64,000 bases of DNA, from contig CAXBMO010000003.1 of assembly GCA_963977015.1 (NCBI GenBank), positions 192,001 to 256,000 on the forward strand, in the 5' to 3' direction. The stretch comes from an uncultured bacterium (lineage in GTDB: Bacteria; Verrucomicrobiota; Verrucomicrobiia; Verrucomicrobiales; DEV007). Shown here piece after piece: positions 1 through 8,324 of the stretch. The first letter of the stretch is position 1. Every line of letters begins with the position of its first letter. A program made the translations under genes and the position numbers. The notes under the pieces were generated by a model. That model was given only the letters and a program-made list of their open reading frames with translations, was not told the origin of the DNA and searched no databases.

Positions 1-6
1 TTTGTC

Positions 7-966
7 ATGAGCACTAACCGCCCCATCAAGCTCTTTATTGGTTCATCAACGGAATACTTGGACGTCGCCGAGACCGTCAAAGCCAAACTTTCCCAACAGC
101 CGTGGATTTCGCCGCAATTGTGGACGGAGGTATTCCCTCCCGGGGCAACTGTTATTGAAGGGCTCGAAGATGTTCTCCGCGAATTTCGCTATGCCGCGTT
201 CCTGATCGGCGATGAAGACAAGGCCTTGATTCGACGCAAGCGGGAGTCTGTAACCCGCGACAACGTCTGGTTTGAAGCTGGACTGTTTGTGGGGCGAAGA
301 GGGCGCCAGAACACCTTTCTTTTTTATCCCTTCGACCGGAAGCCAAAAATGCCGTCAGACCTGGAAGGATTGGTGCTGTGTCCTTTTGAAAAGGGCAAAG
401 GAAAGCAGGCCCTACCCGACGTGGAGAGGGCGTGCCAGGAGGTTGTTACCTCCATCCAAAGGAAGGAGCAAAATCCTCGTGTCGCCCTGAACGAAGCGGT
501 GGAAATGCTGGAAGAGGCCCGAAGATTGGCGGCCGCTCCGAACCGTGACGTGAACAAGAAGTTTGCGCGTCTGCTGGCTGAGGCCTTGGATTGCATCGAG
601 CGGCATGGTCAGGATTGCGTTGACGCGCTCGAGACGCATTTCGATCAATTGGTCAATTCGGCGCTCGACGTGGTCGAGGAGAATCCGAATTTCGCGCCCT
701 TGATCGCCTCAGAAGAGAGTCTCGAGGACTTTGCCAATGACTTTTACAGGCTCCTGCAGAGGACCAAACAGTTGGCGAAGTTTGACGACATCTTCCTGCC
801 TCCCTTTCTTCCCGCAATTACCCGATTCGCCTATCCTCCGGCCATCGAAGCAATGACCCATCAACTTCGTTCGCTTTCCGACTCGCCCTTTCCGAAAGAA
901 GTGCGCGAACACGCGGCCGATCTTCTTGCTCAGACTCACCAGCGCTGGCTTGCAACTCTTCCATGA
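7..966 (+). CDS. TIR-like domain protein (CAP12/Pycsar-type nucleotide-binding TIR) with an unrecognised helical C-terminal domain
   Basis: N-terminal LFIGSSTE, RDNVWFEAGLFVG (catalytic Glu position) and MPSDLEG motifs typical of this TIR family. The frame is open to the window edge, so the start may lie further upstream. Confidence 0.8.
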   Translation: MSTNRPIKLFIGSSTEYLDVAETVKAKLSQQPWISPQLWTEVFPPGATVIEGLEDVLREFRYAAFLIGDEDKALIRRKRESVTRDNVWFEAGLFVGRRGRQNTFLFYPFDRKPKMPSDLEGLVLCPFEKGKGKQALPDVERACQEVVTSIQRKEQNPRVALNEAVEMLEEARRLAAAPNRDVNKKFARLLAEALDCIERHGQDCVDALETHFDQLVNSALDVVEENPNFAPLIASEESLEDFANDFYRLLQRTKQLAKFDDIFLPPFLPAITRFAYPPAIEAMTHQLRSLSDSPFPKEVREHAADLLAQTHQRWLATLP

Positions 967-1081
967 GCTTTTGAAGCCGAATCCGAAACTTCTCCGCCGC
1001 TGACTCGGTGAGAACCCGGTCCGGTAATCCGTGGAAAATATCGTCGAGGAGCTGGCTGAGGTAAACCATGGTTCGAATCAT
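818..1081 (-). CDS. Possible small helical protein, convergent with and overlapping the TIR gene 3' end
   Basis: 87-codon ORF with GGGAAGGA just upstream of two in-frame ATGs, coding-like GC content and an AT-rich promoter-like stretch upstream. No family recognised. Confidence 0.35.
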   Translation of the reverse strand: MIRTMVYLSQLLDDIFHGLPDRVLTESAAEKFRIRLQKLMEELQASAGESEQEDRPRVRALLSERASRKANEVDGSLLRWPEDRRIG

Positions 1082-1164
1082 ATCCTTCCCGGTTTATAAT
1101 TTCAATAACTAAAAAGGTGGAAAATGCCTTAGTTTCTACTATTTCTGATTATTCAGCTCCAAAA

Positions 1165-1180
1165 ATAAGAATTTTCTTAT
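1165..1180. promoter_or_regulatory. Palindromic operator candidate ATAAGAA-TT-TTCTTAT
   Basis: Perfect 7-2-7 inverted repeat in an AT-rich intergenic stretch. Confidence 0.3.
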
Positions 1181-1197
1181 CGCCCCGAGCGAATCCT

Positions 1198-2436
1198 TCA
1201 GCTTTCTCGTGCCAGAAGGGCGGCAAAAGCTCCATCAAATCCATCTCTCCAGGGGAGAACCGCCTCCATTGAAATCAACGCGAACTGCGGATTCTTGAGA
1301 AGGAATTGCTCGACCACCCCTTCATTCTCTTCGCGGTCAATACTGCAGGTGCTGTAGATGAATTTTCCTCCGAGTGCGATGGCTGAGGAGACCGAGGATA
1401 GTATGTCGAACTGCAATTTCGCAAGTTCCTCAAAGTCCCGTTTTCCCAAACGCCAGCGCACATCGATTCGGCGTCGAATGACACCGGTATTGCTGCAGGG
1501 AACATCGACAAGTGCTTTTGAAAATTGCCCCAACTCCTCTCGTTGGGCATCGTTCAGTTCCAACCAATTGATCGTCGCGGTTTTCGAGCTCTGGACGCCA
1601 AGACGTTTCAAATTCTCTGACATTCTCTCGACTCTCCTGGGCGAAGAGTCTGCGGCCAGAATGCTTCCCTGATCTTTCATCCGGCAGGCAATCGCGAACG
1701 TCTTCCCTCCCGGCGCAGCGCAGGCGTCGAGAACCCGATCGCCCGCTTGCGGGTCGAGCATTCGAATCGCCAGCGCGGTGGAAGGATCCTGTGCGTAGAC
1801 TTGCCCTTCCTGAATTGCCTTCTTGGGCAAGGCGCCATGCGCGCAGAGATAATCAGGATCACTCGGCACAGGGGAAACGTCCTGAAGGGCCTGGGTTTCC
1901 TTTCGAAGCGTATTGATCCGCAAGTAAACGGGAGATGGCCGCTGATTCCATTCCCCCAGCGCGATTGCATCGTACTCTCCAAAGTCCCTTTTCCACCGCT
2001 TCCACAGAAACTCGGGAATCGACAGGCGAATCGCCGGCGGCAGCGAGCCGACTCGCTTCTCGATTTCCTCTTTCTCCGCCAACGCCCGCCGAAGGACGGC
2101 ATTAACCACGCCTTTTGCCCAACCATTTGCCAATTTCACGGTTTCATTGACCGCGGCATGAGCGGGACTCTCCATGAAGAGAACCTCCGCGATCCCCAAT
2201 CTCAGCACTCGTTTCGTTTTCGGATCCAGTTTTCCGTCCGTCAACTCTTTGACCAAGTGATCGAGGAGCGTTCGGTTCCGGATCACCGTGTAGACAAGTT
2301 GTTGGAGCAAGGGGCGGTCATTCTGACTCAATACCTGCTTGCGCACCCGCTCTTCAATCAGATCAGCAGCATACGTATCGCCCTGTTCCCATTCTCGAAG
2401 CAGTTCGAGCGCTACTCGTCGGGCAGGTCGACTCAT
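1198..2436 (-). CDS. rsmB: 16S rRNA m5C967 methyltransferase (NusB-like domain plus RsmB domain)
   Basis: ARRVALELL and AAVNETV in the NusB-like N-terminus; QDPST, DACAAPGGKT, DVPCS and YSTCS motifs. Start placed at ATG 2436, an ATGA overlap with the upstream stop. Confidence 0.92.
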   Translation of the reverse strand: MSRPARRVALELLREWEQGDTYAADLIEERVRKQVLSQNDRPLLQQLVYTVIRNRTLLDHLVKELTDGKLDPKTKRVLRLGIAEVLFMESPAHAAVNETVKLANGWAKGVVNAVLRRALAEKEEIEKRVGSLPPAIRLSIPEFLWKRWKRDFGEYDAIALGEWNQRPSPVYLRINTLRKETQALQDVSPVPSDPDYLCAHGALPKKAIQEGQVYAQDPSTALAIRMLDPQAGDRVLDACAAPGGKTFAIACRMKDQGSILAADSSPRRVERMSENLKRLGVQSSKTATINWLELNDAQREELGQFSKALVDVPCSNTGVIRRRIDVRWRLGKRDFEELAKLQFDILSSVSSAIALGGKFIYSTCSIDREENEGVVEQFLLKNPQFALISMEAVLPWRDGFDGAFAALLARES

Positions 2437-3587
2437 TGGGAGGCCTTGGCTTTCGCTTTCCGCAATCTGGTGAAGGCAAAGAAGATAAGGATCAGAGCAA
2501 CAATCCCCAAGGGGATGCTCAACAAGGGGCGATAAACAACCCAGGCAATTGCGATAACCATGAGCGAAATCGCCGCCGTGAGAATTCCCGCAATAAACCC
2601 GGTTCCGGCACCCACCACATTCCCAATGAGAGGAACCACATCGGCAAGAACCGAAAGCGGGCGCAGGATCGTCGCCAAGCCGATAAACATCACCAGCCAT
2701 CCAACGAATCTCAATATCCAGGTGAAAAGCTTGTTCTTCTCCTGCTCTATCTGAACCACGCCTTCCTTCCCCAGCTCTCCCATCGCCAGTAGTCCGAAGC
2801 TCTTTCCGTTTTTGGCCAGGTAACGCTCAAAAGTCTTGCCCTTTTGATTGGCAATCACGCTGACCACCCCGGGCTCTACCAGTCTGAAGGTCACCTGGAA
2901 GTCACCAATCTGGGGACTGCTGTGATCCCCGCGATAGTAGGAATTACCGACGACAGCGAACTGCGAACGCTTTGCTTCCGGTAGGTTCTGGAAAGTCTCG
3001 TCGTTGAGCGTGATGGTCTCAGATCGATTCATCTGATTGATGAGAAACGGGGGGAGCTTGAAATTGCCAAGCGTGACATTTTTGGCGACCAGGGTGGACT
3101 CTTCAAAGGGGAATCGCGGGTTGATATACCCTTCTTCCTTGAATCGATTGGAATCGATCCACCGGTTGGCCCAAATCTTTTCGTAGTCGTAGGTTGTGAC
3201 CGTTTCCTCACCCCCTCCCAACTTTTTCCGTGTCTCGGTCACCTTCTTCTCCTGCCATTGCAGCATCTGAACATCCCGCGTCAGCTTGATCGCATTGGCG
3301 GTGATTCCAAACTCCGCGTCCGCGAGAATCTCGTCGGTCGTTGCCAATCCCGTGGTATGGACGGGAAGTCCTTCATATTCCGAGCCGGGATTGTCTGCAT
3401 CAACCGTTACAACCTCCTTAAGAAGCTGATTCAAGCCGGCGATCGTTTCCGCTGATCGCTTCTCATTGATCCACAAGACTGGAAAACCAATGATGAAGAG
3501 AATGATACCAATCACTACGCCCTTGATCGATTGACCAAGTCGACCAAACCAACTGGTGCTGGAAGTTTCGCGAGTCGCCATCGTCAT
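2433..3587 (-). CDS. TMEM43 (DUF1625) family membrane protein
   Basis: SWFGRLGQSIKG, LWINE and RDVQMLQWQE motifs; one N-terminal and several C-terminal TM segments. Confidence 0.85.
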   Translation of the reverse strand: MTMATRETSSTSWFGRLGQSIKGVVIGIILFIIGFPVLWINEKRSAETIAGLNQLLKEVVTVDADNPGSEYEGLPVHTTGLATTDEILADAEFGITANAIKLTRDVQMLQWQEKKVTETRKKLGGGEETVTTYDYEKIWANRWIDSNRFKEEGYINPRFPFEESTLVAKNVTLGNFKLPPFLINQMNRSETITLNDETFQNLPEAKRSQFAVVGNSYYRGDHSSPQIGDFQVTFRLVEPGVVSVIANQKGKTFERYLAKNGKSFGLLAMGELGKEGVVQIEQEKNKLFTWILRFVGWLVMFIGLATILRPLSVLADVVPLIGNVVGAGTGFIAGILTAAISLMVIAIAWVVYRPLLSIPLGIVALILIFFAFTRLRKAKAKASQ

Positions 3588-3636
3588 CCCATTGCATCAG
3601 AATCGCCCCTTCACAAGTTGCCATTCTGTTAGGATT

Positions 3637-4395
3637 CTATTCGGGGCGGGGAAACATTTCTTGGTGGAGCTTGTAAATCCGGATCAGTTCCTGGATCGGG
3701 TGCTCATGATCATCAACTCGGATGTCTCGGAATCGATCATTCAACCCCGCGTAGCCCCACCCATCTTTTACGACGAGCAGACATGCCGACTGTTTTCCTC
3801 GCCTGTCGCCTCCGGCGTTCTGCCCAGCTTCAAGAGCGGCAAGTAATCTCGCCCCCAGCGCTCCCTTGCTCTTCAGGAACGCTTCCTCCATCGCTGTAAT
3901 CACAGATTCGCCTGCCAGGAGATTCCCTTGGATTGCATAGCCCTCACCCACCAGATGAAGGGCTGCATCATCGCAGGCTAGCCCCGTATAAGCCGCAGAC
4001 CGGCCTTTTGCTGACACAATGCCGAGTTGCCGCATCTCCTTATGGGGATCTGCGTCTGTCATGATTTTAACGACCTCCTCCGGATCCGTTCCCAGGCGCA
4101 GCAACTGCAATGCGATTGGCCCATATCTCACATTTGCGAGGGATTGAGTCGCGACGGCTCCAACTCCTGCCTCCGCCCACGGGACGATGGCTCCAACTCC
4201 AACGATTTTCGACTGCACCGCAATTCCCAACTCCCCGGTTTCCGGGTCCAGGGCAACTATCGAAAAGGTGTTTGCTCGATTCGGAGTCGAAATATCGCCG
4301 GCCTGACCCAGACCACAAAGACTCAAGATCAAAGCGGCGCTTCCCAGCAATCGCTTCGCACGGAATATCCGATGATGGTGGTGATGAAACCTCAA
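3637..4395 (-). CDS. DUF1028 family Ntn-hydrolase-like protein with signal peptide
   Basis: TFSIVALDPETGELGIAVQSK, GAVATQS, GGDRRGKQSA and DIRVDDH motifs. Exact start uncertain. Confidence 0.9.
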   Translation of the reverse strand: MRFHHHHHRIFRAKRLLGSAALILSLCGLGQAGDISTPNRANTFSIVALDPETGELGIAVQSKIVGVGAIVPWAEAGVGAVATQSLANVRYGPIALQLLRLGTDPEEVVKIMTDADPHKEMRQLGIVSAKGRSAAYTGLACDDAALHLVGEGYAIQGNLLAGESVITAMEEAFLKSKGALGARLLAALEAGQNAGGDRRGKQSACLLVVKDGWGYAGLNDRFRDIRVDDHEHPIQELIRIYKLHQEMFPRPE

Positions 4396-4405
4396 TGAAG
4401 GGAAC

Positions 4406-5083
4406 CTATGGCCTGAAGGTGCGGATGGATCCGTTAAAGGGATCTATCTGAACTGAAAAATAATTATAGATTTCAGTGGTCTGAGCACTTTCCGGGCGCT
4501 CTTCAATCATCGTAATATACCAATTTTTACTCTGCACATTGTCCGAGTTGCTATTGGCCATGTTGAGGTTCGTAGAGCCATCTGGATGAAAGCGGAAGGA
4601 TCGATAGGACACTTCTTGGATTCCGCCGCCAAACCTGTTCAGATCACTCACGGTGGTCTCAGTTCCTCTCTCCAGTATCGAGGAGAGATTGCACCCTTTT
4701 GAGCTGCTCGTTGCGAAGATCAATGGATCATTCAAGGTATAAATTTCCGAAATGGGAACCAACTCGCCCTCCGGGCTGTATTGAAAAAATTGCATCGCGC
4801 GAAACTCTTTAGTCGGTTGAGCATTGTCCAGGTCTTGAAATTTATAGAACCTGACTTCAACATCCGAGTTGGTCGACAAGGCCTTTTGCTGGGCAAGGGT
4901 CAGCCAGTTTCTGAACATATCGCCTTGTGTCGCCAACTCGCTGGAGCGCATCAGGCTGAAGATGTTGGGAGCAGCCATCGCCAACAGAAAAGCGATGACG
5001 CTGATAACAACCATCAGCTCCGCCAAGGAGAAACCGTTAATCCTCTTCGAGCTGGGCTGAGGGCTTGATTTTTGAACATTCAT
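4406..5083 (-). CDS. vccD: Verru_Chthon cassette protein D-like prepilin (GspH/FimT-like)
   Basis: G|FSLAELMVV prepilin motif; VEVRFY, FRFHPDGST and QIDPFNG motifs. Confidence 0.8.
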   Translation of the reverse strand: MNVQKSSPQPSSKRINGFSLAELMVVISVIAFLLAMAAPNIFSLMRSSELATQGDMFRNWLTLAQQKALSTNSDVEVRFYKFQDLDNAQPTKEFRAMQFFQYSPEGELVPISEIYTLNDPLIFATSSSKGCNLSSILERGTETTVSDLNRFGGGIQEVSYRSFRFHPDGSTNLNMANSNSDNVQSKNWYITMIEERPESAQTTEIYNYFSVQIDPFNGSIRTFRP

Positions 5084-5102
5084 CAGAAAAACGTCGTGGG
5101 TT

Positions 5103-6197
5103 TTAGGAATTGGAAGGAATCGGGGTCATCCACTTCGCGCCTTGAATCGCAACCGTGGTACTAAATACTTTGTAGCGGATTCGCATTCCTTCTGAAGATG
5201 TCGTTGCAGAAGTTTCTTCGAGAGCTTCGATCAGATCATCGATATCATCTTCGTATTGGGAAGAGTCTTTCATCCAGTTTCCCGACATGCCCAGTCGGTC
5301 AAAGAAGGGGCTGTCCCCATATTTTTCCTCGAGCCGTATCGCAGAAGTCTCGTCGATCGCCACCATCGTTACTCTAACCAATGGGGGAAGCTGATGCTTT
5401 AACAAGGAAGAGTTAGGGTCTTGGGACGCATCGCCCAAGGGGTATTGCGAATCGTATTTGTAGTTCTTGGAAAGGATGGCCTCATCCCGGCCGCCACCCC
5501 CATCAATCTCAGCGATCGCCTTTCGGGGCATGAAGACAAGGGTAAGAATGTTTTCGGCGAGGGGACGAGAATATTCTTCAAGATCGTGTTCCCACCAGTC
5601 TGTGAAAAACTTTCCCGTTCCAGTGTCCACGTTTTCCGCATGATTGACGTAAACGCGGTTTTCTTCCGACGGGGGGAGATACTCCATCAGTCGATACCGT
5701 TTGCGTTCCGGGGCTTCGACAAAACAAGGCCGGAAGGGTTCGTCGCTATTGAAGATCACATAGTAGCCGCGGGCATTCATCAAATTGGACAGTTGTCCAT
5801 ACTCCGAGCGATGACTAACTCCAAGCGGGGCTTGGAAAAACAGCGCATGCCCAGGCCGGTCTCCGCTTACTCCGGATAAATCATCAGAATAGGTGATTTG
5901 GAAATTGAGTTCTGACTTCACCTCAAACTCCGTCGGCGTGATGTTGTCCTCGTCAGTTTCCTCTTGTTCCACGTAGGTGTTCAGTGTGGCCTGACCCAAA
6001 TTCTTGGTGATGATATCAAAGGCCACTCGAGCCTCACGAAACTGGGAGACCCTTCCCTGAGCCAGTTCCCAACTCCGTTGGGTTTGATCGAGAATTCCAA
6101 CAAACATCAGCATGATCGCCGACAGAATTGTCATGGAAACCATCAGCTCAATTAAAGAAAAAGCCTGAGATTTGAGGGCGGGTTTTGGATTCTTCAT
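5103..6197 (-). CDS. vccC: Verru_Chthon cassette protein C-like prepilin
   Basis: A|FSLIELMV; QFREARVAF, QATLNTY, HALFFQAPLG and HQLPPLVRVTMVAIDE motifs. Confidence 0.85.
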   Translation of the reverse strand: MKNPKPALKSQAFSLIELMVSMTILSAIMLMFVGILDQTQRSWELAQGRVSQFREARVAFDIITKNLGQATLNTYVEQEETDEDNITPTEFEVKSELNFQITYSDDLSGVSGDRPGHALFFQAPLGVSHRSEYGQLSNLMNARGYYVIFNSDEPFRPCFVEAPERKRYRLMEYLPPSEENRVYVNHAENVDTGTGKFFTDWWEHDLEEYSRPLAENILTLVFMPRKAIAEIDGGGGRDEAILSKNYKYDSQYPLGDASQDPNSSLLKHQLPPLVRVTMVAIDETSAIRLEEKYGDSPFFDRLGMSGNWMKDSSQYEDDIDDLIEALEETSATTSSEGMRIRYKVFSTTVAIQGAKWMTPIPSNS

Positions 6198-6229
6198 CTG
6201 CTTTGAAACTTTGATGATCGAGAAAGGGA

Positions 6230-6877
6230 TTAGGTGCCCGTCGCCATTGCGCGGTCGATCAGGCGGGTAATTCGGGCTTGATAAGTATGAATGTTCCTCC
6301 AGTTCACTTCATCGTCGAAATGTGCATCCCAGCTGCCTGCATCGGTGGATTCTTCATCAATGAATGAAGAGAGGATCTCCACGATCACCAGTTGTAGCTC
6401 ATCCTGGTCCTTATCCGTCGCATCAAAGGTTGAATATGACGTGCCTCCCATTCGCTTTGGAAGTTGCGTCGGGGCCGAGCCGAAACCGGAACCTCCACCG
6501 CCGGGCTGCTCGGTCTTCGAGCTTCTCGGGACAATGATCCGGGCCACGTAATTCATCGTGTAACGGTCAGGATCGTCCTTGATCAGCTCTGAAATGTCGA
6601 TTCCCTGATCGTCGAAGAAGCGGATTCGGTTTTCGTTGCTGTTGTACTCAAATCTCTTATCCCAATCGGTTAGCGATATCTCCGATATAATTTGCTGGTG
6701 AATTCGGGCTTCGATTGCGAGATCACCAGCTCTTTTCAAAGTCCGGATGCCCTGTGGGAGCATGCCCATTAACGCAACCAATGCAATCGATGCGATTCCG
6801 ACGGCCAGCGTCACCTCGATCAGTGTAAAAGCTTCTCGAAGCCCTTTTTTTCGCTTAAATGTCGAACGTTTATTCAT
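6230..6877 (-). CDS. vccB: Verru_Chthon cassette protein B-like prepilin
   Basis: A|FTLIEVTLAVGI...LMGMLPQG and RFFDDQG motifs. Confidence 0.8.
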   Translation of the reverse strand: MNKRSTFKRKKGLREAFTLIEVTLAVGIASIALVALMGMLPQGIRTLKRAGDLAIEARIHQQIISEISLTDWDKRFEYNSNENRIRFFDDQGIDISELIKDDPDRYTMNYVARIIVPRSSKTEQPGGGGSGFGSAPTQLPKRMGGTSYSTFDATDKDQDELQLVIVEILSSFIDEESTDAGSWDAHFDDEVNWRNIHTYQARITRLIDRAMATGT

Positions 6878-6932
6878 GGAATGGAAAGAGAATTGTCACT
6901 AACGGGCATGCGAGAAGCGTGGCCTCTCAATG

Positions 6933-6964
6933 AATATACTTTGTATGCTGTTGCATTTACAAAG
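6933..6964 (-). promoter_or_regulatory. Sigma70-like promoter candidate (TTGTAA-N18-TATATT) overlapped by inverted repeat CTTTGTA-N12-TACAAAG
   Basis: Read directly in the AT-rich gap upstream of vccB. Confidence 0.45.
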
Positions 6965-7015
6965 ACAATACAAGCCCAAAAATAGCTCCCCTGAAGAAAA
7001 TTCTTCCTGAGGTGG

Positions 7016-8002
7016 TTACGCTTCGGAAAGTCTTTCCTCCAAGCGATCAAACTTCTTCGAGCGGTTGGCGTAGCTTGGATAACGCTCGCCACCTTCCTTT
7101 GGTCGAAAGCGAAAATGCTTGTACATCCAAAGGTAGTGCTCCGGGCGTTGGTTAATAATCCGTTCCACGGAATCCCAACATTGCTGCGCGATTTCCTGTT
7201 CCGATTGCTCCGGTTTGAAGCGAATCATTTTTTCCGACATCGCGAAATAGGAGCCATCCCGCATGGGCATACAAGCCCCGGTCATGACAGGAAGGCCGGT
7301 CCGCTTGCTCAAAAACGCCCCCAGGACGGTGACGCTGACCTTCATTCCGAACATCTTGATAATCGTCGCAGTATCGCCCGGCGGGACGGTAAGGTCGGGC
7401 AAAAATGCCGAAATCCCCCCTTTCTTCAAGACTCGTAACAGCTTCAGCATGGCCCTTTCCTGAGGGATCAATTGATGCCCCAAAAACTCCCGATTCTTTT
7501 TGAAGATGCCGGTCAGCCTCGGATTTTTGAAATCCTGGGCGATCGCCGTGTATTGGAGCCCATGCAGTCCCAGTCCGGCGGCCATCCACTCAAAATTTCC
7601 ATAGTGAGGAGTCATTAGGATGCCGCCGGTTTTGGAGAGTTCCCGAACCTCATCCAAGGTTGGATAAGTAATCAATTGCGCCCCGATCTCCGAATTCAGC
7701 CGCCTTGTCCAAAACTGATCGAGATAGGTCTGGGCCCAGCTCCGGTAACATTTCAGAACGATCTGTTCGATCTCATCCTCAGTCCATCGTCCGGGAAACG
7801 CCGCTTCCAGATTCTCAAAAGCAGTTCGACGACCGTCCCGATGGACATAGAACCCGAGCAGGCCAAGCCCGGAGGCAATTTTCCGGAGAATCCAGCGAGG
7901 GGTCAATGGGATCAGCCAAAACGTTGTCGCCAGAGCCAGCCATTCAAAAAAATAACGGATTCTTTTCGCGAGGCTGGGCATAGGTGGGGAATTCATAGCC
8001 AT
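7016..8002 (-). CDS. Lipid A biosynthesis acyltransferase (LpxL/HtrB family)
   Basis: ENLEAAFP, PHYGNFE and PEHYLWMYKHFR motifs. Start uncertain between about 7980 and 8071. Confidence 0.85.
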   Translation of the reverse strand: MAMNSPPMPSLAKRIRYFFEWLALATTFWLIPLTPRWILRKIASGLGLLGFYVHRDGRRTAFENLEAAFPGRWTEDEIEQIVLKCYRSWAQTYLDQFWTRRLNSEIGAQLITYPTLDEVRELSKTGGILMTPHYGNFEWMAAGLGLHGLQYTAIAQDFKNPRLTGIFKKNREFLGHQLIPQERAMLKLLRVLKKGGISAFLPDLTVPPGDTATIIKMFGMKVSVTVLGAFLSKRTGLPVMTGACMPMRDGSYFAMSEKMIRFKPEQSEQEIAQQCWDSVERIINQRPEHYLWMYKHFRFRPKEGGERYPSYANRSKKFDRLEERLSEA

Positions 8003-8224
8003 ATTTTGGAAACGGACCACCAGAAACTGCTTCGACGAGGGAGGCTTGGTGGTCCAAATGGGCTCTTCCAACCCCCGCCATCATAAAAATGGAGGGAGGT
8101 TCTCAACGGGTAATTCTTAGTCGGTGAAAGAATGTAACGCGAAAGTGTATTTTTCGTTTGTCATCACGACTCGCTTGGTTAAGTCTACTGCCCCTCGCTG
8201 AGCAAGGATTTGCTCGGTAAGGAT

Positions 8225-8297
<73 letters not shown>

Positions 8298-8324
8298 CTT
8301 TTCGTTTTCCGATTTCAACGGGCT

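Noticed and set aside
2437-2700. Cys-rich N-terminal extension of the 500-aa rsmB ORF call
   Set aside because: It is an alternative frame inside the TMEM43 gene; RsmB similarity starts at ATG 2436.
4372-4386. His5 tract at the start of the DUF1028 protein
   Set aside because: It lies before the signal peptide after an uncertain TTG start, so there is no support for a metal-binding role.
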